Below, one piece after another: positions 1-14,940 of a DNA stretch of 64,000 nucleotides. Made by a program: the position numbers and the translations under genes. The notes beneath the pieces are model-generated. The model was not told where the DNA came from. It saw only the letters and a list, made by a program, of their open reading frames with translations, and did no database searches. Each line of letters starts with the position of its first letter. Position 1 is the stretch's first letter. Origin of the DNA: Macrostomum lignano (taxonomy: Eukaryota); assembly GCA_002269645.1 (NCBI GenBank), contig NIVC01001257.1, forward strand, positions 263,613-327,612, given 5' to 3'.

Positions 1-547
1 GAGGAATGGGACACACGCAGACAAGGTGGAAGAAAGATTAATAGCTACCATGCTGCCTGTAAGAGCTACTAGGAGCAGCAGAGCATCCCCTGCTTGCCTG
101 TGGATCCGAGATCAAAGTCATAAAGAAAGCATTCAACACGCCCACGCAATCCATTCGAATCCCTCCCGGTCTCTCTCTCCCCATCTTCCCTCTCGTTTCC
201 GAGAATCTAACACGCTGAGAAAAAATTTGCAAACCTACTCACGGCTAGAAAATGACTATTTTAGCCTCGGGAGAGGCACTTGAAGACTGGCAGGTGGCAC
301 TGGCTGAGTGTGTTGGCTGCTGGCAACTGGGAAGCCGGCGAAATGCAGTTTGCAAATGAAATTTTTTTATTCAAAACGCTGGCGTACGACTCGATAGAAG
401 CAAAATCTCTTTTTTGCTGCTAACAGACTGCAAAAACCACAGGAGAAAATTAGAGGCACGACTTAAAAAGCAGATTGCTCTGCAAAGTAGTTTTTCGTAA
501 TCATTCACTTGCTTCAAGACTAGATTGATCCGGAAGTCAAGCGATGT

Positions 548-813
<266 letters not shown>

Positions 814-1568
814 AGCGTAGATTCTCGTCACAAAAGCCAGTCCGCAGCTTCTCAGCCGCTCCCCATCATTACTGTCCCCACGTTGCCCTGCCCCAGGCCG
901 CTTGTCACGCAAATTTTCACCTTTTCTCTTTTGCTCGCTCGGAAATAGCGCGCAGGAGATTTGGGTAGCAATTTCCTTTTCAAGTGCCTTCTTTGCTTCC
1001 CTTCCTTTAATCGGTACTTCGCGCCAGAGCACCTGGAAGGCGGACACAGCTGCCTCTCCAGGCGTGTCCTGATTATAACCCTTGCTTTTATTAGCGCTGT
1101 TTATAACAGCAGCAGGTTTTGTATTGTTTGAAATTTCTTCGGGCTCTCAAATGACGAATTGCAAGCAAATCCAACTCAGGTAGTCCTTTATTGCAAGTTC
1201 CTGTGTTTGTCATTTACGAGGTGTGTCCCAACAGTCCCGGAATGTTTGCTCTAGCTCCTCATTACCTTGACCAGTTTTTATGTTTTATGTGTCAGACTAA
1301 AGATTTCAACGAAAAAACTGTCATTCGAACTTCTCTTTCATGTGGCTTCAGTTAGGAGTTACACCAAGAAATGTGAAGGAAGGTCAGTACTAGTGTTACA
1401 AAGCCTCGAATGTATGTGGTGTCCTTTTTACATCATCAATTCTTTTGCAAAAGTTAACTTTGAATTCGTCAGATGTGGAAACGTCTACGAGTAAATATGC
1501 TCACAAGTGAAACAGCAATCGTCTTCCTGAGAATCGCAGCCCCAAACTGCTTGCCCACGCACCTGCAG

Positions 1569-2689
1569 GCATCTTCCCGCTGCCCTGGTACCTGCTGTCC
1601 GAGTTCGCCCACGGCTGGACCGTGGCCCGCGTCTGCGGCAGCCCCGCGGCGGCGAACCTGGTAAACATCATGATGACCACCCTGCCGACCATCGCTCACA
1701 CAGCCTCAATTTGGTTCACTGTGATCCTGGCTATCCAGCGCTGGATCTACATCACCTTCCCCATGTCAGTGCAGCGTCTGTGCACCAACCGAACCTCGGT
1801 TGTCTCCATTGTCATCGTGCTGGCGCTGACAACAGCCTTCATGGCCATCTGGCTGTACTTGGACGGGCCGTACACCTTCGCCATGGCGTCGGACGCTGGA
1901 CGACCCGACCTGGTGGTTTCCTGCAACTTTGCCAACCAGCAGTCGCTGTTCGAAGGCCTGATCTATACGAGAACTCTCCTGGTGAACCTGGTGCCATCCG
2001 TGCTGCTGCTGGTGTTCACCAGCCTGCTGGTCAACGGAATGCGAAAGGCCGCCAAGCGGAGGAAGCTGCTGCTGAGCGGGCGAAGGACGCAGCAGCAACA
2101 GCAGCAGCAGCTGATCCAAAAGGTATGCAATGTTGAGTTTCTGAAATATTAATGACAAAATGATATCATATAAAAAAATGAAATCAAAGAATTTCTAATC
2201 GAAATCTTTCGCCAGGATCAGAAAGCTCCAGCCACCGGTTCGTCAAGCAGCGCGCATCAGCGCAGACGCGAAGAACCCAGCAACACGACAGCCATGCTAA
2301 CCACTGTGGTGGGAATATTCATGGTAGTGGAGCTCCCCATGACGGTCGTCATGTCCGTCTACGCGCTGAACCTCAGCAACCTGCCCTCACTGGAATTCAT
2401 GGGCTTTGCTCTGCCAGTGATCAACTTCACCATCTTGGTCACTTATCCTGTGAATTTTTTCATCTACACCAAAATGTCCAGCCAGTTTCGCCAGACTTTC
2501 GCCGTCACATTCGGCCGGGCGAGCGCCGTGGCCGGTAGAGGACGCGGCGGCGGCGGCGGCCGGCAGCAGAATCCAAATCGAGCCGCTCCATCAGTTCCAG
2601 CCGCTGAGCAGCCGCTCAACAGTTCGAAGGGCGCGCTGGTTGCTAAGGCCAACGGCGATGAGGCTGCGCCGATCACGTCTGATCTCTAG
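1569..2689 (+). CDS. Rhodopsin-family neuropeptide GPCR, sex-peptide/MIP receptor-like, copy 1. Exons 1569-2122 and 2216-2689; the 5' exon(s) encoding TM1-TM2 are not seen.
   Basis: CTGCAG acceptor at 1568, AAG|GTATGC donor at 2122/2123, GCCAG acceptor at 2215, all frame-compatible. Motifs FPLPW, HTASIW..LAIQRWIY and TYPVNFFIY..MSSQFRQTF match the SPR/FMRFamide-type receptor group as I recall it. Confidence 0.85.
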
Positions 2690-3112
2690 GCCTCTCAAAT
2701 CGTCTCTGCTTATGGCGATTGAAGATTAAGGAAGTGTGAGATGCAATGGCTATAGGCTTCAGAACTGCTACTAGGATGCATACAGATGCTTAACTGTCAC
2801 ATCCACTGTCTATTGTAACAGTAGAAGTACAGCGTAGAACGTGTGATAGTAATTGTGATTATATCTATAGAGAATTAGTTTTTTAATATTTTTAATTTAT
2901 TAAATTCTCACATGCACGCAAACACTTTGCATAAGCGCGTCTTTAGTTAGTGTTCAGTGCCCTCTCACAAAGAATATTTACTACGAGCGTAGATTAACAA
3001 ATTGACAAATCAGCATTATTATAGGAAAGCACATTCCCTCCAAATCCACATTTAAAATCCATATACTAATGTTAACACTAAATCGGGAGCTGGCGGGATA
3101 TAAAACGGAGTC

Positions 3113-4157
3113 AATCGATAAACCCCCTCACTCCAATTCACACATCAGCAATAAAGTGGGCTAGAGGGATAGAAAACGGAGTGGGTGAGGTTGAATGGTC
3201 CGACCAGAAAGTCAATCGATAAACCCCCTCACTCCAATTCACACTTCAGCAATAAAGTGGGCTAGAGGGATAGAAAACGGAGTGTGTGGGGTTTAAGAGC
3301 CCGACCAGAAAGTCAATCGATTAACCCCTTAACTCCAATTCACACATCAGCAATAAAGTGGGCTAGCGGGATAGAAAACGGAGTGGGTGGGGTTAAAGAG
3401 CCCGACCAGAAAGTCAATCGATTAACCCCTTAACTCCAATTCACACTTCAGCAATAAAGTGGGCTAGAGGGATAGAAAACGGAGTGGGTGGGGTTAAAGA
3501 GCCCGACCAGAAAGTCAATCGATTAACCCCTTAACTCCAATTCACACATCAGCAATAAAGTGGGCTAGAGGGATAGAAAACGGAGTGGGTGAGGTTGAAT
3601 GTTCCGACCAGAAAGTCAATCGATAAACCCCCTCACTCCAATTCACACTTCAGCAATAAATGGGCTAGAGGGATAGAAAACGGAGTGAGTGAGGTTGAAT
3701 GGTCCGACCAGAAAGTCAATCGATTAACCCCCTCACTCCAATTCACACATCAGCAATAAAGTGGGCTAGAGGGATAGAAAACGGAGTGGGTGAGGTTGAA
3801 TGTTCCGACCAGAAAGTCAATCGATAAACCCCCTCACTCCAATTCACACTTCAGCAATAAATGGGCTAGAGGGATAGAAAACGGAGTGGGTGAGGTTGAA
3901 TGGTCCGACCAGAAAGTCAATCGATTAACCCCTCACTCCAATTCACACATCAGCAATAAAGTGGGCTAGAGGGATAGAAAACGGAGTGGGTGAGGTTGAA
4001 TGTTCCGACCAGAAAGTCAATCGATAAACCCTCTCACTCCAATTCACACTTCAGCAATAAATGGGCTAGAGGGATAGAAAACGGAGTGGGTGGGGTTGAA
4101 GAGCCCGACCAGAAAGTCAATCGATTAACCCCCTCACTCCAATTCACACTTCAGCAA
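3113..4157. repeat. 101-bp minisatellite, about 10 units
   Basis: AATCGAT(A/T)AACCCC..CTCCAATTCACAC recurs every ~101 bp. Each unit holds an imperfect inverted pair (AACCCCCTCACTCC / GGAGTGGGTGRGGTT). Confidence 0.95.
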
Positions 4158-5092
4158 TGTGATAGCGGGATAGAAAATGAGGCGTTAGGTCAACTAAATC
4201 AACTGGTACACATACATGTACGAGTATCCCAACCCCTCCGAGTAAAACAGCGATAAATGGGGTAAAGAAAGCTAATATGTTCAGTCAGCTTTCATTTTTC
4301 CTCCAATTTTTGCAACTCTAGCATACCCGTAAAAATACGCATGTAAAGTATACAATAGCGGTTTAGTTAAATGGCTTTGCTAAGATCGTTGTATACAAGT
4401 CAATCAGACTTTGTACGTACGTGTACGTTCTTCGACCCAGCACAGCTGTAACATGACGTTGCAATGAAAAAGATGAACTGTTCGTCTTTTGGAATAACTT
4501 TGTTTACTCGAACCACGCAATATTCAATGTTTGTGTTAAAATTTCAATACGATTTCACTATTTGCTGTTTCTACTATTTTTCAAGGCACTAATACACATT
4601 TCCTCTGCGCTTTACGCACATCGGCAGACAAGTAAATGTAATCAAGTATAGTTAAATGTCTCGTATTTTATTGACTTCAGCCAAAGCTTGCACGTGGCTT
4701 GGTCCTGTGAATGTTTTTTGAGTTGACTGAGCTTTTCGAGCAAAATGAAATGCGAATAAACCTCTCCAAGAGACAGAAATGCCGGCCCAGCAGCTTGTTG
4801 CGCCTTCAGCTTCGCTTCATAACTAACTTGGCGTGAGTCTCCGGTTCCCTGCACCTCTCTATTTTCTATCAGTGTTTGCTTTGACTAAGAAAATACAATG
4901 CGACAGAAATACTAAAAAATGTGTTGTCCTTGCTTGCTTGCTGTATGTGTCGTCTTTTCTTATTTGTCTTGACTTAACCCCACACAAATTATGCCCCAGC
5001 TCTATGAAAGACACGTTCCGAGCAAATACAGCCGGAGTCGCGTGAAAGCCTCAAAACATGGGGATTTTTGGCGCAGATGAGGTCAACGAAAA

Positions 5093-5842
5093 GTGCATGT
5101 CTCTGGACGGCCTCTGAGGCTGTGGCACACGTGCTAATGTGCATGTCTCTGGATGGATGGCCTGAGGCTGTGGCACACATGCTAATGTGCATGTCTCTGG
5201 ATGGCCTCTGAGGCTGTGGTACACGTGCTAATGTGCATTCTCTGGACGGTATCTGAGGCTGTGGCACACATGCTAATGTGCATGTCTCTGGATGGACGGC
5301 CTCTGAGGCTGTGGCACACATGCTAATGTGCATGTCTCAGGATGGATGGCCTCTGAGGCTGTGGCACACATGCTAATGTGCATGTCTCAGGATGGATGGC
5401 CTCTGAGGCTGTGGTACACGTGCTAATGTGCATTCTCTGGACGGTATCTGAGGCTGTGGCACACATGCTAATGTGCATGTCTCTGGATGGACGGCCTCTG
5501 AGGCTGTGGCACACATGCTAATGTGCATGTCTCAGGATGGATGGCCTCTGAGGCTGTGGCACACATGCTAATGTGCATGTCTCTGGATGGATGGCCTCTG
5601 AGGGCTGTGGCACACATGCTAATGTGCATGTCTCAGGATGGATGGCCTCTGAGGCTGTGGTACACATGCTAATGTGCATGTCTCAGGATGGATGGCCTCT
5701 GAGGCTGTGGTACACATGCTAATGTGCATGTCTCAGGATGGATGGCCTCTGAGGCTGTGGTACACGTGCTAATGTGCATTCTCTGGACGGTATCTGAGGC
5801 TGTGGCACACATGCTAATGTGCATGTCTCTGGATGGACGGCC
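5093..5842. repeat. 46/50-bp minisatellite, about 15 units
   Basis: Unit GAGGCTGTGGCACACATGCTAATGTGCATGTCTCTGGATG(GATG)GCCTCT. Confidence 0.95.
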
Positions 5843-6670
5843 AGATGCTCCGATCAGAGCTCCATGGCTCTGCCTCTCTTTCCCTTTCCCCTTCAAGCCT
5901 CATCCCGCTCTCGCACACCCTCAAGCGCTCATTGAAGTCCCCCTGCAGGCACCTGTTGCCAGGTAATATGGTGCTCAGCCCAATATATATTTATATTTTC
6001 AGCAGACCCCCTTGTTTGCTTTAACCGAGCGACTGGCCAACACAGGAGCAATTGCCTCAGTTTTATCCCAAGTATCCAGCTTTCCTTCATCTCTGAAAGC
6101 TGAAACCATTGGTATCCTTGCAGTGCAGTCTTGCGGTAGTCGAGGCCCCATGAATCTTTTGAAGGCCTGCCTTTCTAAGCTTTCAACGGGACTTTTTGTC
6201 ATTTTCCACGTGGTTTGAGGGAAGGATTCGGTGAAGTTTCAGCAACAGTAATCATTTATTGCTTGCTGTAGGTCTGCAAGTCCGGTAGTCATCAATAATG
6301 AAATTGGGATTTTATCCCGAATAGAAAGATAAGAGAGCCGAGGCTGACCCACACTGGCAGATGTACTCCTGTATACACACATATATATCTATTAAGGAGG
6401 CTGCAGTCTGCTTTGCTAGCAGGTAACAGCGTTGGTTCCGCTTGCCCACCCATCAGCAATGTCGGTTGCTGGCGCAACCTCCTGTTGCAGCATTTGTCTA
6501 TACAGTCAAAAATGGCAACAGATAACAGATTTTTCTGCTGAATAATTATGAGATTTAACGTTCCGATAAGCGATATGGCACAGGGGCAGCCACTTTACTC
6601 TGAAGTCGGTTTTTTGCAAAATGCATTGAGGAGAGATAGGAAGGCATTGAGGAAGTCGAGCGCTCTGTGT

Positions 6671-7030
6671 CATTCTATTCCTTCATCAGTGATGCTGGCT
6701 AGATTAGCAATCCATTCTATTCCTTCATGAGTGATGCTGGCTAGATTAGCAATCCATTCTAGTCCTTCATCAGTGATGCTAGCTAGATTAGCAATCCATT
6801 CTATTTCTTCATCAGTGATGCTGGCTGGATTAGCAATCCATTCTATTCCTTCATCAGTGATGCTAGCTAGATTAGCAATCCATTCTAGTCCTTCATCAGT
6901 GATGCTAGCTAGATTAGCAATCCATTCTATTCCTTCATCAGTGATGCTGGCTAGATCAGCAATCCATTCTATTCCTTCATCAGTGATGCTGGCTAGATTA
7001 GCAATCCATTCTATTCCTTCATCAGTAATC
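6671..7030. repeat. 42-bp minisatellite, about 8.5 units
   Basis: Unit CATTCTATTCCTTCATCAGTGATGCTGGCTAGATTAGCAATC. Confidence 0.95.
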
Positions 7031-8631
7031 CATTCGATCACTAGATTACTGATCAAGACGTGTAGATTAAAACGGCTGATTCAATATTTTTCTATGAATT
7101 AGCTAATGCAACAAGTTTCTCGATTAAATGCAGAAGTATTCGAATATATTGAGGACAGGCAAACTGGTCGAGTGAAGTCTGCTAGAGAACATGCAGAAGA
7201 CAGGAGTCAGGCACAACTGAAATCTCTTTGCAGCTTTGCTTCAAGCTTGTTTGTCTACGGTAGCATTTCTAAGAAATATTACCTAGGTAAAATTACAAGA
7301 GTAGCCTTGGACAGATCACACACACTTGCTTCATTTGCAAATATACAGGGTATTCCACGTAAAGTGCCAGACTTGAAAATGGAAAATTTTTGTCCCCAGC
7401 AGTAATTTCAAGTGAACCTTTTAACAAAAGTTCGTTCTATCTATAGGATTTATTGAAAATAAAACCTTTCATGCAGTTGTGTCACTGCCTTGATGCATAA
7501 TTAGACAGTAGGAAGTAGATATCGTTATTGAATGCGTGCTGCTCTCGCTGATTAGTCAAAGCCCAAGAAAACATAGAAGACACACAAATTTGTATCGATC
7601 TGGGCGTACCTGCTATCGCTCAATTATCTTTACCTATTCTTGAGCTCCCCCTCTCCCCTTGAGTCTTTTGCAAACCCAAGAAAGCTTAAATGCATGTAGC
7701 TAAAAATTATGCACAAACCTTCCAAGAAAGCCATGGCCGCAAAAACCGGATTAAGTTACCATATGGATAAGTCTCCTAATTAAGAGGATTTCAGCCCTCC
7801 TCCCCCGAATGCAGCTGATCGATTGTAGCGAATTTTGAACTCTTCGCGTCACTGCTTTGTCCATGCAGAGTTAGCGGAGCCCAGCTTAAGTCTGCCTGAT
7901 TGCAGACCTATTATTGATCCTGAGAGATCTGGGTGACGAGGAGGATTTCAGATTATAGGGAGTGAGATGCAGCGATGTAGTGAGCAAGTGCTTGCAGGGG
8001 GCAGAGGAGACAGAAAATCTTAAGCCTCTGCTTTGAGAACCCAGCTGGCCTGGACTTTTAGTGGGCAGGAGAAGACAGCAGTGGGTTGCCAGCTGCAAAC
8101 TGCCAACACCACTGGGAGGAATGGGACACACGCAGACAAGGTGGAGGGAAGATTAATGGCTACCATGCTGCCTGTAAGAGCTACTAGGAGCAGCAGAGCA
8201 TCCCCTGCTTGCCTGTGGATCCGAGATCAAAGTCATAAAGAAAGCATTCAACACGCCCACGCAATCCATTCGAATCCCTCCCGGTCTCTCTCTCCCCATC
8301 TTCCCTCTCGTTTCCGAGAATCTAACACGCTGAGAAAAATTTTGCAAACCTACTCACGGCTAGAAAATAACTATTTTAGCCTCAGGAGAGGCACTTGAAG
8401 ACTGGCAGGTGGCACTGGCTGAGTGTGTTGGCTGCTGGCAACTGGGAAGCCAGCAAAATGCAGTTTGCAAATGAAAATTTTTTTGTCAAAATGCTGGCAT
8501 ACGACTCGATAGAAGCAAAATCTCTTTTTGCTGCGAGCAGACTGAAAAAACTGCAGGAGAAAATTAGAGGCACGACTTAAAAAGCAGATTGCTCTGCAAA
8601 ATAGTTTTTCGCGATCATTAACTTGCTTCAG

Positions 8632-9082
<451 letters not shown>

Positions 9083-9834
9083 AGAGTAGATTCTCGTCAC
9101 AAAAGCCAGTCCGCAGCTTCTCAGCCGCTCCCCATCATTACTGTCCCCACGTTGCCCTGCCCCAGGCCGCTTGTCACGCAAATTTTCACCTTTTCTCTTT
9201 TGCTCGCTCAGAAATAGCGCGCAGGAGATTTGGGTAGCAATTTCCTTTTTAAGTGCCTTCTTTGCCCCCCCCTCTATTCGTTACTTTGCGCCAGAGCACC
9301 TGGTAGCCGGACACAGCTGCCTCTCCAGGCGTGTCCTGATTATAACCCTTGCTTTTATTAGCGCTGTTTATAACTGCAGCAGGTTTTGTATTGTTTGAAA
9401 TTTCTTCGGGCTCTCAAATGACGAATTGCAAGCAAAGCCAACTCAGGTAGTCCTTTATTGCAAGTTCCTGTGTTTGTCATTTACGAGGTGTGTCCCAACA
9501 GTCCCGGAATGTTTGCTCTAGCTCCTCATTACCTTGACCAGTTTTTATGTTTTATGTCAGACTAAAGATTTCAATGAAAAAAACTGTCATTCGAACTTCT
9601 CTTTCATGTGGCTTCAGTTAAAAGTTACCCCAAGAAATGTGAAGGAAGGTCAGTACTAGTGTTACAAAACCTCGAATGTATGTGGTGTCCTTTTTACATC
9701 AACAATTCTTTTGCAAAAGTTAACTTTGAATTCGTCAGATGTGGAAACGCCTACGAGTAAATATGCTCACAAGTGAAACAGCAATCGTCTTCCTGAGAAT
9801 CGCAGCCCCAAACTGCTTGCCCACGCACCTGCAG

Positions 9835-10955
9835 GCATCTTCCCGCTGCCCTGGTACCTGCTGTCCGAGTTCGCCCACGGCTGGACGGTGGCCCGCGTCT
9901 GCGGCAGCCCCGCGGCGGCGAACCTGGTGAACATCATGATGACCACCCTGCCGACCATCGCTCACACAGCCTCAATTTGGTTCACTGTGATCCTGGCTAT
10001 CCAGCGCTGGATCTACATCACCTTCCCCATGTCAGTGCAGCGTCTGTGCACCAACCGAACCTCGGTTGTCTCCATTGTCATCGTGCTGGCGCTGACAACA
10101 GCCTTCATGGCCATCTGGCTGTACTTGGACGGGCCGTACACCTTCGCCATGGCGTCGGACGCTGGACGACCCGACCTGGTGGTTTCCTGCAACTTTGCCA
10201 ACCAGCAGTCGCTGTTCGAAGGCCTGATCTATACGAGAACTCTCCTGGTGAACCTGGTGCCATCCGTGCTGCTGCTGGTGTTCACCAGCCTGCTGGTCAA
10301 CGGAATGCGAAAGGCCGCCAAGCGGAGGAAGCTGCTGCTGAGCGGGCGAAGGACGCAGCAGCAACAGCAGCAGCAGCTGATCCAAAAGGTATGCAATGTT
10401 GAGTTTCTGAAATATTAATGACAAAATGATATCATATAAAAAAATGAAATCAAAGAATTTCTAATCGAAATCTTTCGCCAGGATCAGAAAGCTCCAGCCA
10501 CCGGTTCGTCAAGCAGCGCGCATCAGCGCAGACGCGAAGAACCCAGCAACACGACAGCCATGCTAACCACTGTGGTGGGAATATTCATGGTAGTGGAGCT
10601 CCCCATGACGGTCGTCATGTCCGTCTACGCGCTGAACCTCAGCAACCTGCCCTCACTGGAATTCATGGGCTTTGCTCTGCCAGTGATCAACTTCACCATC
10701 TTGGTCACTTATCCTGTGAATTTTTTCATCTACACCAAAATGTCCAGCCAGTTTCGCCAGACTTTCGCCGTCACATTCGGCCGGGCGAGCGCCGTGGCCG
10801 GTAGAGGACGCGGCGGCGGCGGCGGCCGGCAGCAGAATCCAAATCGAGCCGCTCCATCAGTTCCAGCCGCTGAGCAGCCGCTCAACAGTTCGAAGGGCGC
10901 GCTGGTTGCTAAGGCCAACGGCGATGAGGCTGCTCCGATCACGTCTGATCTCTAG
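9835..10955 (+). CDS. Sex-peptide/MIP receptor-like GPCR, copy 2. Exons 9835-10388 and 10482-10955; no 5' exon found.
   Basis: Same splice sites as copy 1 at offset 8266. Protein identical; I found three synonymous differences (ACC/ACG, GTA/GTG, GCG/GCT). Confidence 0.8.
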
Positions 10956-11378
10956 GCCTCTCAAATCGTCTCTGCTTATGGCGATTGAAGATTAAGGAAG
11001 TGTGAGATGCAATGGCCATAGGCTTCAGAACTGCTACTAGGATGCATACAGATGCTTAACTCACTGTCACATCCACTGTCTATTGTAACAGTAGAAGTAC
11101 AGCGTAGAACGTGTGATAGTAATTGTGATTATATCTATAGAGAATTAGTTTTTTAATATTTATTTAATTGTCTCACATGCACGTTAAACACTTTGCATAA
11201 GCGCGTCTTTAGTTAGTGTTCAGTGCCCTCTCACAAAGAATATTTACTACGAGCGTAGATTAACAAATTGACAAATCAGCATTATTAAAATAAAGCACAT
11301 TCCCTCCAAATCCATATTTAAAATCCATATACTAATGTTAACACTAAATCGGGAGCTGGCGGGATATAAAACGGAGCC

Positions 11379-11920
11379 AATCGATAAACCCCCTTACTCC
11401 AATTCACACATCAGCAATAAAGTGGGCTAGAGGGATAGAAAACGGAGTGGGTGGGGTTGAAGAGCCCGACCAGAAAGTCAATCGATTAACCCCCTCACTC
11501 CAATTCACACATCAGCAATAAAGTGGGCTAGAGGGATAGAAAACGGAGTGGGTGGGGTTGAAGAGCCCGACCAGAAAGTCAATCGATTAACCCCCTCACT
11601 CCAATTCACACATCAGCAATAAAGTGGGCTAGAGGGATAGAAAACGGAGTGGGTGGGGTTGAAGAGCCCGACCAGAAAGTCAATCGATTAACCCCCTCAC
11701 TCCAATTCACACATCAGCAATAAAGTGGGCTAGAGGGATAGAAAACGGAGTGGGTAGGGTTGAAGAGCCCGACCAGAAAGTCAATCGATTAACCCCCTCA
11801 CTCCAATTCACACATCAGCAATAAAGTGGGCTAGAGGGATAGAAAACGGAGTGGGTAGGGTTGAAGAGCCCGACCAGAAAGTCAATCGATTAACCCCCTC
11901 ACTCCAATTCACACATCAGC
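11379..11920. repeat. 101-bp minisatellite, about 5 units (counterpart of 3113-4157)
   Basis: Same unit, more homogeneous. Confidence 0.95.
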
Positions 11921-12859
11921 GATGTGATAGCGGGATAGAAAATGAGGCGTTAGGTCAACTAAATCAACTGGTACACATACATGTACGAGTACCCCAACCC
12001 CTCCGAGTAAAACAGCGATAAATGGGGGTAAAGAAAGCTAATATGTTCAGTCAGCTTTCATTTTTCCTCCAATTTTTGCAACTCTAACATACCCGTAAAA
12101 TACGCATGTAAAGTATACAATAGCGGTTTAGTTAAATGGCTTTGCTAAGATCGTTGTATACAAGTCAATCAGACTCTGTACGTACGTGTACGTTATTCGA
12201 CCCAGCACAGCTGTAACATGACGTTGCAATGAAAACGATGAACTGTTCGTCTTTTGGAATAACTTTGTTTACTCGAACCACGCAACATTCAATGTTTGTG
12301 TTAAAATTTCAATACGATTTCACTATTCGCTGTTTCTACTATTTTTCAAGGCACTAATACACATTTCCTCTGCGCTTTACGCACATCGGCAGACAAGTAA
12401 ATGTAATCAAGTATAGTTAAATGTCTCGTATTTTATTGACTTCAGCCAAAGCTTGCACGCGGCTTGGTCTTGTAAATTTTTTTTTCAGTTGACTGAGCTT
12501 TTCGAGCAAAATGAGATGCGAATAAACCTCTCCAAGAGACAGAAATGCCGGCCCAGCAGCTTGTTGCGCCTTCAGCTTCGCTTCATAACTAACTTGGCGT
12601 GATCGTCTCCGGTTCCCGGCACCTCTCTATTTTCTATCAGTGTTTGCTTTGACTAAGAAAATACAATGCGACAGAAATACTAAAAAATGTGTTGTCCTTG
12701 CTTGCTCGCTGATGTGTCGTCTTTTCTTATTTGCCTTGACTTAACCCCGCACCAATTATGCCCCAGCTCTATGAAAGACACGTTCCGAGCAAACACAGCC
12801 GGAGTCGCGTGAAAGCCTCAAAACATGGGGATTTTTGGCGCAGATGAGGTCAACGAAAA

Positions 12860-14507
12860 GTGCATGTCTCTGGACGGCCTCTGAGGCTGTGGCACACATG
12901 CTAATGTGCATGTCTCTGGAAGGCCTCTGAGGCTGTAGCACACATGCTAATGTGCATGTCTCTGGATGGCCTCTGAGGCTGTGGCACACATGCTAATGTG
13001 CATGTCTCTGGATGGCCTCTGAGGCTGTGGCACACATGCTAATGTGCATGTCTCTGGATGGATGGCCTCTGAGGCTGTGGCACACATGCTAATGTGCATG
13101 TCTCTGGATGGCCTCTGAGGCTGTGGCACACATGCTAATGTGCATGTCTCTGGATGGATGGCCTCTGAGGCTGTGGCACACATGCTAATGTGCATGTCTC
13201 TGGATGGATGGCCTCTGAGGCTGTAGCACACATGCTAATGTGCATGTCTCTGGATGGATGGCCTCTGAGGCTGTGGCACATATGCTAATGTGTATGTCTC
13301 GTGATGGATGGCCTCTGAGGCTGTGGCACACATGCTAATGTGCATGTCTCTGGATGGCCTCTGAGGCTGTGGCACACATGCTAATGTGCATGTCTCTGGA
13401 TGGATGGCCTCTGAGGCTGTGGCACACATGCTAATGTGCATGTCTCTGGATGGATGGCCTCTGAGGCTGTGGCACACATGCTAATGTGCATGTCTCTGGA
13501 TGGCCTCTGAGGCTGTGGCACACATGCTAATGTGCATGTCTCTGGATGGATGGCCTCTGAGGCTGTGGCACACATGCTAATGTGCATGTCTCTGGATGGA
13601 TGGCCTCTGAGGCTGTAGCACACATGCTAATGTGCATGTCTCTGGATGGATGGCCTCTGAGGCTGTGGCACATATGCTAATGTGTATGTCTCGTGATGGA
13701 TGGCCTCTGAGGCTGTGGCACACATGCTAATGTGCATGTCTCTGGATGGCCTCTGAGGCTGTGGCACACATGCTAATGTGCATGTCTCTGGATGGATGGC
13801 CTCTGAGGCTGTGGCACACATGCTAATGTGCATGTCTCTGGATGGATGGCCTCTGAGGCTGTGGCACACATGCTAATGTGCATGTCTCTGGATGGCCTCT
13901 GAGGCTGTGGCACACATGCTAATGTGCATGTCTCTGGATGGATGGCCTCTGAGGCTGTGGCACACATGCTAATGTGCATGTCTCTGGATGGATGGCCTCT
14001 GAGGCTGTAGCACACATGCTAATGTGCATGTCTCTGGATGGATGGCCTCTGAGGCTGTGGCACATATGCTAATGTGTATGTCTCGTGATGGATGGCCTCT
14101 GAGGCTGTGGCACACATGCTAATGTGCATGTCTCTGGATGGCCTCTGAGGCTGTGGCACACATGCTAATGTGCATGTCTCTGGATGGCCTCTGAGGCTGT
14201 GGCACACATGCTAATGTGCATGTCTCTGGATGGATGGCCTCTGAGGCTGTAGCACACATGCTAATGTGCATGTCTCTGGATGGCCTCTGAGGCTGTGGCA
14301 CACATGCTAATGTGCATGTCTCTGGATGGATGGCCTCTGAGGCTGTAGCACACATGCTAATGTGCATGTCTCTGGATGGCCTCTGAGGCTGTGGCACACA
14401 TGCTAATGTGCATGTCTCTGGATGGATGGCCTCTGAGGCTGTAGCACACATGCTAATGTGCATGTCTCTGGATGGATGGCCTCTGAGGCTGTGGCACACA
14501 TGCTAAT
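12860..14507. repeat. 46/50-bp minisatellite, about 34 units, with a 392-bp higher-order repeat
   Basis: The variant TATGCTAATGTGTATGTCTCGTG recurs at about 13281, 13673 and 14065. Confidence 0.95.
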
Positions 14508-14940
14508 TAGCACGAATAAAGATGGTCAACACAAAATCAGTCTGGACAGCTAAGAGAAAAAGAGAATTTTAACAAGCATAACAGTGAAAGTAAGAGATAA
14601 ATTAACCAAGATTTCATTAAGAAAATTTCGCCATCAATCTGGCCATCAGAGTCGGAAAAAATTTAAGACAAAACTTGCCGAATTTCGTGTTTAATCTTCT
14701 GCTTGGAGCGGTGGCTCAGCATCGAAACGTTCCGCATCGCCGCAAAAGCTCCACTCCTCAAATTCGGAGATCGGCAAACGTGATCTGGGTGACAAAAACT
14801 GACGCAAAATACAGGTGAACTTGAAGAGCGCAGACCAGAGGCGCCGCTACAGAAAACGTTACAGAAAAACTCGATCCCTAAAAGCTGAAATTAACCGCTA
14901 GCTAGGGAAAAAATCGTGCGAACAAAGGGTAAGACAGTTG

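Noticed and set aside
5843-8115. First exon of the SPR-like receptor or a transposase remnant (ORFs 5999-6202, 6012-6218, 7106-7405)
   Set aside because: No hydrophobic TM1-TM2 segment, no coding-like codon bias and no motif I can recognise; left unannotated.
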